Positions 14,504-26,746 of a DNA stretch of 64,000 bases are shown here, piece by piece; the first letter of the stretch is position 1; each line of letters starts with the position of its first letter. A model generated the notes under the pieces. It ran no database searches. It saw only the letters and a list, made by a program, of their open reading frames with translations, and was not told the DNA's origin. Origin of the DNA: the human T2T-CHM13v2.0 reference genome, Homo sapiens. The DNA is taken from NCBI RefSeq assembly GCF_009914755.1, contig NC_060925.1. One strand, 5' to 3'. The translations under genes were made by a program, and so were the position numbers.

Positions 14504-16026
14504 CAGGCAAACAGTAAGAAAAACAGATTTGGTGGAAACTAAATGTGAGTTGACTGAATATGTTTCATATATCATGATCCACAAGGGAGGAATGTCCTAA
14601 ATGCTCAAAGAATCAATCTGGGAAATTAAAAACTTGATAAGATATGACTCTTTTAGTTGTCAATATAGTTGTAATGGCAGAATGCAAAATGATCACTGAA
14701 TTAATTTTGAATAAAGTGGTTTATGAAAGAATATGCTAATAGAAGACTATGTGATCTGATGAACAACCTGACATAGGGATCTTGATGATGGCCCCTGTTG
14801 TCACTATTTCCTTAGAAGTCAGTCTGCTTTGCATAGTTTCTCTTCAAGTTCTGGATGCTTAACTGGAATACACAAGCATATAGACAGTTTAAACTTACTA
14901 TACTGTGCTTACAACTCACTGTCTTTAGGTATTGTGAATGTCCCTGTTGTTTCCTTATTTGCAGCCAAGTTTATACTTTGACTTTGATTTATCTTTGAAT
15001 TTCCTTCTGTCATCTCCCTCAGATATTCTAGGTGCTTAGGGTCCTACAGAAGAATCACCACATAATTTTTTCTGATATAGAAGCAGCTGATCTTTTCATT
15101 TCCTCTCCAAGTTCTATGATATAAAGTAGTATATTTGGATCTTGAATAAAAAAGTTCATCCAGGGTATTGCCCAAACTGTAACATTTTATACAAAAATGT
15201 ACACTAGAATGCTCACCCAGAATGTGCACCATAATATTCTCATAATATAGAACAATTTTAGATCGTATTAACAACTTTGCTAAAAAGTTTCACGTTTGCA
15301 ATTTCTCAATGCACTTTTCATATAAAACTCTGCAAATAATGTCTAGAAGACATACCATGAACCCGATTTCTCCTAAGCCAAGCAGTGATATTCTGTGTTT
15401 CTGGTAAAAGTATAAGCTAAAGAAACACTATTTACCTAGAGAAAATAAACAAATAAAAATAATGAGTCTATAATGATAACAGGTGTTTCCTGGCTAGCAT
15501 CTGTACCACATGTCTATTGATGAAGTGACTGACATCATGCAGTAGGTTAGTTTTGTATTGCTTTTTCTTTTCCTTTTCTTTAAAAAACCTTTATTTTAGG
15601 TTCAGAGGCATCTGTGCAGGTTTGTTATATAGGTAAATTGTATGTCACAGGTGTCTAGGGTAGAGATTATTTTATCACCCAGGTAATAAGCATAGTGCCC
15701 AATAGGTAGTTTTTCCATTCTCACCCTCCTCCCACTCTTCTCCCTCAAGTAGGGCCCATTGTCTGTTGTTCCCTTCTTTGTATCCATGTATATTCAATAT
15801 TTAGCTACCACTTATAGGTGAGAACATGCAATATTTGGTTTTTGTTCCTGTGATAGTTTGCTTAGTATATTGGCCTCCAGATCTATCCATGTTGCTGCAA
15901 AGGACAGGATCTCATTCATTTTATGATTTTCATAGTATTCCATGGTGTATAGGTACCACATTTTATTTATCTAGTCTACTGTTGATGGGCACTTAAGTTG
16001 ATTCCACGTCTTTGCTATTGTGATAG

Positions 16027-16342
<316 letters not shown>

Positions 16343-17108
16343 GCATATGTGTATTTTTATGGCAGAATAATTTATATTCCTTCTGGTACATGCCCAATAA
16401 TGGGATTGCTGGGTCAAAGGGTTGTTCTGTCTTAAGTTATTTGAGAAATTATCAAACTACTTTTCACAATGGGTAAATTAATTTATATTTCTACCAGCAG
16501 TGTATAAGCATTCCCTTTTCTCTGTAGCCTCACTAGCATCTGTTATTTTTTGTCTTTTTTCTGACTGGTGTGAGATAGTATCTCATTGTGGTTTGGACTT
16601 GCATTTCAATAATGATTAGTAATGTTGAGCACTTTTTAATATGCTTGTTGGCTGCATGTCTGTCTTTTTTTGAAAAGTGTTTGTTCATATCCTTTGCCTA
16701 CTTTTTAATGTGGTTGTTTGGATATTAGATATTTGACAGATGCATAGTTTTCAAATATTTCCTCCTTTTCTGTAGGTTGTCTGTTTGCTCCATTGATAGT
16801 TTCTTTTGCTGTGTAGAAGCTGTTTAATTTATTTAGGTCCCAATTGTCAATTTTGGGTTTTTTTGTAATTACTTTTGATGTCTTTGTCATGAAATTTTTG
16901 CCAGAGCCTATGTCCAGAATCATATTTCCTAGTTTATTTTCCAAGGTTTTTATAGTTTTAGGTTTTACATTTAAGTACTTAATCCATCTTGATTTGATGT
17001 TTGTATATGGTATAAGAAAGGGGCCCCACTTCAATCTTATGCATATGTGCATATGGCTAACCAGTTATGCCAGCACCTTTTATTAAATAGGGAACCTTTT
17101 CTCCATTG

Positions 17109-17132
17109 TTATTATTATTATTATTATTATTT
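17109..17132. repeat. (TTA)n microsatellite within L1
   Basis: About 7-8 TTA units. Confidence 0.9.
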
Positions 17133-20100
17133 TACTTTCTTGAAGATTAGATAGTTGTAAGTGTGTGGCTTTATTTCTGGGATCTCTATCTTATTCCATT
17201 CACCTATGTGTTGGTTTTTGTACAAAAGCAAGTACCATGCTGTTTCTCTTACTGTATACTGTAGCCTTTTAGTGTAGTTTGAAGCCAAGTAATGTGATGC
17301 CTTCAGTTTTCTAGTCTAGAATTATATTGTCTGCAAACAGGGATAGTTTGACTTCCTCACTTTCTATTTATATGTCTTTTATTATTATTTTTTTTTCTTG
17401 CATGATTGCTGTGGCTAGGACTTCCAGTACTATGTTGAATAAGAGTGGTGAGAAACATCATTCTTGTCTTGTTGCCATTTTCAAGGGAAATGCTTCTAGC
17501 TTTTGCCCATTCAGTATGATGCTGGCTGTGGGTTTTTCATAGATGGCTGTTTTTATTTTGAAGTACGTTCCTTCAATGCCTACTTTGTTGAGGACTTTTT
17601 AGCAGAAAGAGATGTTAAATTTTATCAAAAGCCTTTTCTGCATCTGTTGAGATGATCATGTAGTTTTTGTTAGTTGTGTTTATGTGATGAATCACATTGA
17701 TTAATATGCATATGTTGAGCCAACCTTGCAACCCAGGGATAAAGCTTACTTCATCATGGTGGATTAGCTTTGTAATGTGCTGCTGGATTTGGTTTGCTAG
17801 TATTTTGTTGAGAATTTTGTATCTATGTTCATCATGTGTATTGGCCTGAAAGTGTTTTTTGTTGCTATTGTGTCCCTGCCAAGTTTTCGTATCGGGATAC
17901 TGCTAGCCTCATAGAATGAGTTAAGGAGGAATTTCTCCGCCTCAATTTTTGGAGTAGTTGGAGTAGTGTCAGTAGGAATGTTACCAGCTCTTATTTATAC
18001 ATCTGGTAAATTTTGGCTGTGAATCTGTCTGGTCATGGGCTTTTTCTGGTTGGTAGTTTTAAAATTCTGATTCTATTTCAGAACTCTTTATTGGTCTGTT
18101 GAGGAATTCAATAACTTCCTGGTTTAATCTTGGAAATTTGTACATTTCCAGGAATTTATTCACTTCTTTTAGGTTTTCTGGCTTATATGCATAGAGGTGT
18201 ACATAGTTGTCTCTGAGGGTTTTTAAAATTTCTGTGGAGTCAGCGGCAATGTTCTCTTTGTCATTTCTGGTGGTGTTTTTCTGGATCTTCTGCCTTTTTT
18301 TCTTTATTAATCTAGCTAGTAGTCTATCAATCTTATTTGTTGTTTGAAAAAACTAACTCCTAGACTTGTTGATCTTTTGTATGGATTTTAATGCCTCAAT
18401 TTCCTTCAGTTCAGCTTTTATTTTTGTTATTTCCTGCCTTCTCCTAGCCTATGGGGTTACTTTACTCTTGCTTCTCTAGTTCCTCTAGGTGTGATGTTAG
18501 GTTGTTAATTTAAGATATTTCTAACTTTTTGATGTTGGAGTTTGGTACTATAAACTGCCCTCTTAACACTGCTTTAGCTGTATAGAAATGTTAGTATGTT
18601 GTATGTTTTTTTTCTCATTCATTTCAAAAATATCTTTTTTTAAATAACTAATTTCGTTGTTTACCCAAAGATTACTCGGGAGCTGGTTGTTTAATTTTCA
18701 CATAATTGTATGGTTTTTGAGTGATTTTCTTAGTATTAATTTCCATTGTTACAGCACTGTGATCCAAGAGTGAAAGTGGTGTGATTTTGATTTTTTGAAT
18801 AGGCTGAGGATTGTTTTATGGCTGATTATGTGGATGTTTTTAGAGCATGTCTTATGTGCAGACAAGAAGAATGTATATTCTGTTGTTTTGGGGTGAAGAG
18901 TTCTGGAGATTTCTATTAGGTCAGTTTGATCAAGTGTATAGTTAAAGTCTCAAATATCTTTGTTAGCTTTATGCCTCGATGATCTGTCAAATACTGTCAG
19001 TGTGGTTTTGGTATCTCCCACTATTATAGTGTGGTTATTGAAGCCTCTTCATAGTTCTGTGATAACTTGCTTTATGAATCTGAGTGTTCCTGATCTGGGA
19101 GCACATATATTTAGGATAGTTAGATCTTCTTGTTGAATGCAATGCCCTTTTTTGTCTGTTTTGATCCTTGATCATTTAGTCCATTTTGTCTAAAATTTGA
19201 ATTTTAAAAACTCTGCTTTTATCTGTTTTCCATTGGTTGGAAGATTTTTCTCCATCCCTATACTTTGAGCCTATGTGTGTCATTGCGTGTTCGATGGGTC
19301 TCTTACAGAGAGCATACTATTGAGTCCTGCTGCTTCATCCACATTGACACTCTGTGCCTTTTAATTTGTGAATTTAGCTCATTTGCATACAAGGTTAATG
19401 TTGATATGTGCTGATTTGATCCTGTCATCGTGTTGTTAGCTGGTTATTATGCAGATTTCTTTGTGTGGTTGCTTTATAGTGTCAATGGTCTATGTACCTA
19501 AGTGTGATTTTGTGGAGGCTAGTAATGGTGTTTCCTTTGCATATTTAGCACTCCACACAGAACCTTTTATAAGTAAGGTCTGCTGGTAATGAATTCCTGT
19601 ATCATTTACTTGTCTGTAATGGATCTTATTTCTCCTTTGCTCATAAAGCTTAGTTTGGCTGGATGTGAAATTCTTGATTGGAGATTTCTTTTTTTTTTCA
19701 GAATGTTGTATATTGACCCCCAATTTCGTCTGACTTGTAGCGTTTCTGATGAAAGGTTCACTATTAACCTAATGGTATTCCCTTTGCAGGTGACCTTCCC
19801 CTTCTCTCTAGCTGCATTTAAAATTTTTTATTTCAAATCAACCTTGAAAAATCTGATGATTATGTGTCTTGGGGTTACTTCTCTTGTATAGTATCTTGGA
19901 GATATTCTCTGTATTTCCTGAATTTGAATGTTGGCTTCTCTAGCTAGGCTGGAGAAATTTTCATGGAGTATACCCTGACATATGTTTTCTAAGTTGTCTT
20001 CTTTCTCTTCTCTTTTAGGAATGCCAATGAAGCATAGATTTTGGTCTCTTTATATACTCCCATATCTCTCAGAAGTTTTGCTAATTCTTCTTTAATCTTT

Positions 20101-21724
20101 TTTTCTTCATTTTTGTATGACTGAGTTATTTTGGAGAACAAGTTTAGCTCTGAGATAATTTCCTCCATTTGATTGATTCTGCTGTTAGTACTTGTGATTG
20201 TATTCTGAAATTCTTAAAGTAAGTTATTTTGCTCTGAGATCAGTTTCCTTCTTTCTTAAAATGATCATTTCATGTTTCATCTCCTTTATCATTTTATTGT
20301 ATTTCTTGGAATCCTTGGATTCAGTTTTGACTTTCTCCTGAATCTTGATGATCTTTGTTTCTATCCATATTCTGAATTCTGTTTCTGTTATTTTAGTCAT
20401 TTCAGCTTGATTAATAATCACTGCGGGGAACAAGTTCAGTCTCTTCGAGACAAAAAGACACTCTGGCTTTTTGTGTTGTTTGAGTTCTTGTGCTAATTCT
20501 TTCTCATCTGTGTAGGCTGACATTCCTTCAACCTTTGATATTTCTGTGGTTTCAATTGATAGTTTTTCCTTATACCTTCTTTGATGCCCTTACAGTTTTG
20601 ATTGTATTATAAGGTGGGTTCAGTTGATTGGCTTTGTTTTCCTTCCCCAGGAGTCCTTGAGGACCAGGAATGAGTCCTGGTACATTATAGCTCAGTGCAG
20701 GGTTCTCAGCTTCCTCTCACTTCAGCCCAGGGTCCATGTCCCCACCCCATTTACTCACAATGCCTTCCCCTCAAAGATCTGCTCAGAATGCACCAGTTTG
20801 TACATGGTCTATTGTCACTTATACAAAATCATTTTTAATCAATATGGTTTTAATCAAAACATGTTGATGAATCTGTGAGTGGGTTTAGTGGAGGCAACAA
20901 GTAAAAGGGATATAATGCAAAAAAAGTAAAAGGTTAAAATATACTCAATATAAATTTCATGATGTATTTTCTTTCATTTATTTTTCCTTTTTTGACATTG
21001 GGTTCTAATGATCATTTTAACTTTAGAGAAAAATATACTAATCTCATCATTGTACTGTGATTAAATAGTAAGCATGAGGATTACTTTCATAACTTATTAC
21101 TAGATGGCTACAAGCATGGAAACTTTTCATAAAAATGCAAGACTATGCTTTGGATTTGCCAAAGAGCCATGCATGTTGTGAAAAGCGAGGGCTCTTCCTC
21201 CTCACCAAGCTGACAAACAGCAGCATTTCAGGAGGCCTTTCTAGTCAGCTGCAATGAGCAGAAACAACTAATTCCACTGAACACATGATAGATGAGGCAG
21301 ACTCTCTGCTCATGGATGTCACCTACTAAAATGGGCAGCTTCATAACCAGCTGATAAGAGAATGCTCTTAACGATTCCTCTGCTCAGAGAAGGTGTGTAC
21401 CTTCCCGATATGGAATATGACCATCTATTTTGAGTCTAAGTTGACAAGGATTTTGGGGGTAATTTGTTGTGGCTGGTGGAACTACCTGGGAAAGAGAAGC
21501 AACAAGATGATTTTTGTTTTCCTGCCTTTCTCTTGAGTTCATTATGATCCCACACAGTGAGCTCATCCTATATGAAACCCACTTTTCTTCAGACCCTTTT
21601 CTCACAGCCTCCTCTACCATCATCTTTATCCTAACCTGCTTCTTCAAGGTCCCCAACAAATGAATGTATCCCCAGCCTGTGGGAGAAATTTATTTAACAA
21701 GTTTGTAGGACAAAGGGCTTTGTA

Positions 21725-22765
21725 AAGTTCAAATTAAAACCTAAAAGCCATCACAAGAGAGATAATAAATTCAATAACATTGAGAATATTTAAGAAGGAG
21801 AAAAGCAAAATAATATGAAAAGGCATATGACAAACTAGGAAGAAAAATATTGTATCTCAAAAAGCAAAAGACTAGCTACAATAATACAGTAAGCAAGAGC
21901 TCCTATAAATCAGCAAGAAAAAACATCCAAGAAGGTGAAATATGAATAAGCAAGGTATTTGAATAGAAAATTTACATATAAGAAAATATTAGTGGGCCCT
22001 AAAAACATTAAAACATGCTAATCTCACTGATAATATGATAAATGTAAATTAAAATTTCAATAGGAAGTTATTATTTTCCAAACACATTGGATATACTATA
22101 AGTTTGATAATTCACTATATTGAGAGGGATATGAAGAAACAGGAACTCTTACACTGGTAGAAATATCAATCAGTGCAACTTGGCAATATCTATGAATATT
22201 TTAAATGCAAATACTGTGTAAACTGCAATTCTACTTCTAGGAATTTAATCTTACATATGTTCTCAAACATGTATAAAATGATATTAGTACAATATTTTAA
22301 TGACCATATTGCTTATAGTAGAAAAAGGTTGAAAATAACCTACGCGTCCAACAACAGGAGACTGGTTAAACAAATCATGACTATCCAAAATTCACAATGG
22401 AGCCCAATGTAGCTATTATAAACAATAAGAAATCTCTTTATGTACTGGTTTGGAATGATCAACAAAATATGTCATTAGGTTATGAAAAAAGTAAAGTACT
22501 GAGGTGTATATAAAAATGTGATTTGCATAAAAGCAAAAATGCCCTATATATATTCATATATGTATATATGGAGTGTATAAATTTCTTACATTTGTGAATA
22601 TACATTCTTATAAAATACCTATGAGAGGGAGACCCCAAAATTGGAAACAGTGTCTACATCTGAGAAATGGAAATGGTGGTTGCAGGTTAAGAAGGACTTA
22701 ATTTTTAATGTATATCTTTTTGTACTTTTAAAATTTTGTATTATGTGCCAAATAGGAATAAAAAA
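21725..22765 (+). mobile_element. L1ME-type 3' fragment
   Basis: GAGCTCCTATAAATCAGCAAGAAAAA, AAACAGGAACTCTTACAC, GCAATTCTACTTCTAGGAATTTA, CTTTATGTACTGGTTTGGAATGATC. Confidence 0.7.
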
Positions 22766-22809
22766 GAGTTATCAATGGTTCTTCTTTTACATGACAAGTG
22801 CTTCTTCTG

Positions 22810-22965
22810 AAGTATGCCCAGAGTGTTATGGGGCCCCAGAGAAAGAACACCTCATCTGAGTGTTTAGGAAGGTATGAGAAATGATCATCCTAGGTTGCCA
22901 AAGAATGTTGACTCTTGAGCTGAGTTTTGCAGGATGAGCAGACATGAGTTAGGTAGACTAAATTC
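22810..22965 (-). mobile_element. L2 fragment
   Basis: GAGTGTTATGGGG...CTTGAGCTGAGTTTTGCAGGATGAGCAG is typical antisense L2. Confidence 0.55.
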
Positions 22966-23261
22966 TTTTGTGTTCCAGGAAGCCAAGGGAATTTGGGGAG
23001 CTACATACAATTTACTATATATTGTTGCATGTTCATTATTTTGAGTACCCATCTTTGTATTGCTCAGTGTCAGGCACTTTTTAGGTACCTAATATTTGCT
23101 GAATCTGACTGGGTATACGAAAAAAGAATATAGGGCAAGAGATGCAGGACCTATCCTTATAGGATACACTTAATAAGGAGTAGTTGTGATGGTAACGAGC
23201 AGGAGGAAGAGGCAGTGGAAGTGAAGAAGGACTTCAGAAAGACTATACTAATTGTTCATTC

Positions 23262-24058
23262 TTAAAAAGTGAGGTCCTGCCATTTGCTACTACATGGATG
23301 GAACTGGAGGACATTAGGCTAAGTGAAATAAGCCAGATACAGAAAAAACATATTGCATGATCTCACTTATATGTGAATATATATTTTTAAGAAGAATTCA
23401 AATACACAGAGATAGAGAATGAAATAGTGGTGATGTGGTTTGGCTGTGTCCCCACCCAAATCTCATCTTGAATCCCACGTGTTGTCAGAGGGACCTGGTG
23501 GGAGGTAATTGAATCATAGAGGCAAGTCTTTTCCATGATGTTCTTGTGAAGTGAATAAGTCTCATGAGATCTGACGATTTTAAAAATGTGAGCTTTTGTG
23601 CACAAACTCTCTTTTATTTTTTTTGCCTGCCACCATCCATGTAATACGTGACTTGCTTCTCCTTGCCATGTGGAACTGTGAGTCCATTAAACCTCTTTTT
23701 CTTCCAAGTCTCAGGTACATCTTTATCAGCAGCATGAAAATGGACTAATACTAGTGGTTACTACAAATGAGGAAAGGGAAGAAAAAAATGAGGAATATAG
23801 GTTAAAGGATACAAAATAGCAGATATATTGGAAGAACAGGTTCAGAGATCTAATGTATAAGGTGAAGACTGAAATTAATAAAATGGTATTGTAATAGAAA
23901 TTGTCATTAAATAAGATTTTAGTTGCTCTTTTCACAGAAAAGTAGCTATATGAGATGATAGATATGTTAATCTGATTCAATATTGTAATTTTTTACTATC
24001 TATATGTATCTTATAACATCATGTTGTAAACTTCAAATATATAAACATTATTAAAAAG
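23262..24058 (+). mobile_element. L1MA 3' end, split by a THE1 LTR
   Basis: CCTGCCATTTGCTACTACATGGATGGAACTGGAGGACATTAGGCTAAGTGAAATAAGCCAG, resuming as AGTGGTTAC...GAGATCTAATGTA after the LTR. Confidence 0.88.
23431..23752 (+). mobile_element. THE1A solo LTR
   Basis: TGATGTGGTTTGGCTGTGTCCCCACCCAAATCTCATC...CTTTATCAGCAGCATGAAAATGGACTAATAC; 5-bp TSD AGTGG at 23426-23430 and 23753-23757. Confidence 0.92.
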
Positions 24059-24775
24059 GAATTAAAAGTCTTATGAGTATATTATAGAATAACATAAAAA
24101 TAGTAGAAAATACATTTCCTATGGTATTGTCTAAAGTATATTTCCTTTGACTTGAATTTCTTTTGAGTGAGCAAAATGATAGACTAGAAAAGAAATATAT
24201 TTAATATGAATTTCATTTTCATAAGATTTGGTTCATAAAAAGTGATATAGTATTATGCGTGGCCTATATTTAACAAAAACAACATACGTCAATTTAAAAA
24301 TTAAGTGATTTAAATAGATATTTTAAAATATTTCTTTCTATTTTATCTCTCACAATTGAATAGCTAAATCTCCTTTAAAAATGGTAATTTAGATAAATGC
24401 TAGAGTTACTAAATTTACTGAACAGTAAGCCTTCAAATCAAGGTTAAAGAACTGGAAAGTTTACTAGATATTGTAAATATGAGTCTGCATAGGGAGAAAA
24501 CACATAAATCCTACTGATGTATAAACATAACTTCAATATATTTTACCCTTGGCTGAGGGATAAATTAAAATACAATTAAAAGTGTTGGTTTGTTTATATG
24601 GCATTTGGCATTCAAGTCAACAACTCAAAGGTACTCTGAACTGATTTAGCTAACTTTTTATTTCTTGTTCTTTTGGATGAAGTAATATATAGTAATGCAA
24701 CATACCTAGTGTTAAATATTCAATATTTCTATGAAAATTTTTCTGCTTCAGTATTCTAGGAGGCAGGTGACTCAT

Positions 24776-24865
24776 GTGTATATGTATATATATATATATA
24801 TACACACACACACATATATATACACACATATATATATACACATATATACACATATAAAATATATA
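24776..24865. repeat. Compound (TA)n/(CA)n microsatellite
   Basis: Alternating TA and CA runs. Confidence 0.9.
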
Positions 24866-25069
24866 AAATTTGAGTTTAAAATATATATATTTTATATTAA
24901 ATTTTGTGACTAAATTTGCACTCTACTCACCCTTCCCACACAAAGTCCTGAATACATTTTGAGAATGTAAGAAAAAGAAAGCAATCTTATATTTATAAAT
25001 TTAAAGGTTGCTAACATTTCTTAAGTAAAAAAAGAAAGTCCTTGAGTCCCTTTTAAAAGATCTCCAAAA

Positions 25070-25225
25070 GGAAGGTGAGAGGGGGAATAGAGATGAGAAA
25101 TTACCTATTGGGTACAATGTATGCTATTTGGGTGATAGTTACACTGCAAGTCCAGACTTTACCCCTTTGCAATATATCCATGTAACAAAACTGCGTTTGT
25201 ACTCTCTAAATCTATTTTTAAAAAA
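25070..25225 (+). mobile_element. Short L1MA1-3-type 3' terminus (about 155 bp)
   Basis: AAATTACCTATTGGGTACAATGT...CCAGACTT...CAATATATCCATGTAACAAAACTGC; AAAAGATCT on both flanks (possible TSD). Confidence 0.8.
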
Positions 25226-25391
25226 GATCTGAAAGAACGATTGCCAAACTAATCAAAAGTTAAAACAAAGAGCGGGCAAAAAGTATCATTATTTTGGACA
25301 AAGGCAAAACATATACGTGGTGCATTCTTCACTAGTCAACTAAATTGTACATACATTAAATGTATTTTTAAAAATTTATAATATAAAAGTT

Positions 25392-25419
25392 CACACACAC
25401 ACACACACACACACACACA
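25392..25419. repeat. (CA)14 microsatellite
   Basis: Pure CA run. Confidence 0.95.
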
Positions 25420-25620
25420 GGCAATATTTTTCTTCAGTAGCAAAAGTGGCCAACATTTGTTGATAATCTACTATACTCTTAACTTTGTAGAGATGGTACT
25501 CATTTTTCCCTTAAGGCATAAAAGTTAATTAAGTAAGTTGCCCAAGGCAAATTAGGCCTCAAAGTGCATCTTGATGACAAATGTTTTATACTGCCAGTTG
25601 CTGTTTTTACACTGCCTTTC

Positions 25621-25946
25621 TTTTTTTTTTTTTTGAGACAGAGTCTCACTCTGTCGCCCAGGCTTTAGTGCAGTGGCACTATCTCGGCTCACTGCAAGCT
25701 CCGCTTCCTGGGTTCACTCCATTCTCCTGCCTCAGCCTCCCGAGTTGCTAGGACTACAGGCGCCTGCTACCAAGCCCGGCTAATTTTTTTTCTTTTTTTT
25801 TCTTTTTTTTTTTTTTTTTTGTATTTTTAGTAGAGACGGGATTTCACCGTGTTAGCCAGTGTGGTCTCGATCTCCTGACCTCGTGATCCGCCCGCCTCAG
25901 CCTCCCTAAATGCTGGGATTACAGGCTTGAGACACAGCACCTGGCC
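25621..25946 (-). mobile_element. AluY with expanded central A-rich linker
   Basis: CTGCAAGCTCCG and CCGTGTTAGCCAG Y-type motifs; ACACTGC(C)TTTC TSD-like flanks; long T tract at 25784-25820. Confidence 0.93.
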
Positions 25947-26461
25947 GACACTGCTTTCAATACAACAAGATGATGCCACATATTTCAAAATTAATAAATT
26001 ATGAAGACATTAAAAGAAAATAGAACACATAGAATCTGTACGTGTTAAATTAGCATTTGCTATAATATTTTGGATGTTTTTAGTATGTTATTGTGATTAA
26101 AAAATAATTGAATGCTAATTATTTTCTAAAATTCATTACACCTCATTCCTATGATCCAATTAAACAGGAAGGACTAGGAAATGCATGGACATCATCCTGG
26201 CTTCTGAATTAAAGAGTTGGTCAAACCAATTTCTAATCGAATTCTATTTAAAGAAAATAGCTTTAAAAATACATCTGAATTATTTTTAATGCATCTGAAT
26301 AAATTCACATGAACTGTGGCAAAAATATACCATATTTTTAAAAATTTAATGACTTTTATTTGTAAAAGCATGTCAGATTCAATTGTATTTGTATACCTAG
26401 GCCTACCCGTCTATCCTTTAGAAAGTGTTCTTTCATGTGTTTAATTTCTACTCTTTCATGT

Positions 26462-26562
26462 ATCAAATCAATGATAATTTATTGAGCAACAGTGATTAGC
26501 CAGGCATCATAGAAGGGGCTGGAGATCTAGTAGGGAACAAAAGAGACCCTGCTCCCATAGCC
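26462..26562 (-). mobile_element. L2 3' end fragment
   Basis: ATTTATTGAGCA...GCCAGGCA...GGGCTGGAGAT...AACAAAAGAGACCCTGC. Confidence 0.6.
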
Positions 26563-26653
26563 GAAATAAGATCAACGATGCACAAAGCTAATAAGTAAAG
26601 TGTGTGTGTGATGTTGGGGTAAGTCGTTGCATTTTTAAAAAAATAACATCATA

Positions 26654-26746
26654 ATTTTTTTCTCTTTTTTGGGGGGGGGAATGGGATCTCACCCTTTTGG
26701 TCTCCCCAGTAGCTAGGGCTACAAGTGCACCCCACTATATTCATCT
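26654..26746 (-). mobile_element. Short, internally deleted old Alu/FAM-type fragment
   Basis: PolyT, ATGGGATCTCAC joined to CTCCCCAGTAGCTAGGGCTACAAGTG. Confidence 0.55.

Noticed and set aside
16705-20523. ORFs resembling L1 ORF2p and ORF1p
   Set aside because: Short open stretches of a dead L1 with many stops and frameshifts; not retrotransposition-competent
24650-24913. ORFs with YI/HT/CV repeats (also 44314-44556 and 40171-40359)
   Set aside because: Translations of dinucleotide microsatellites
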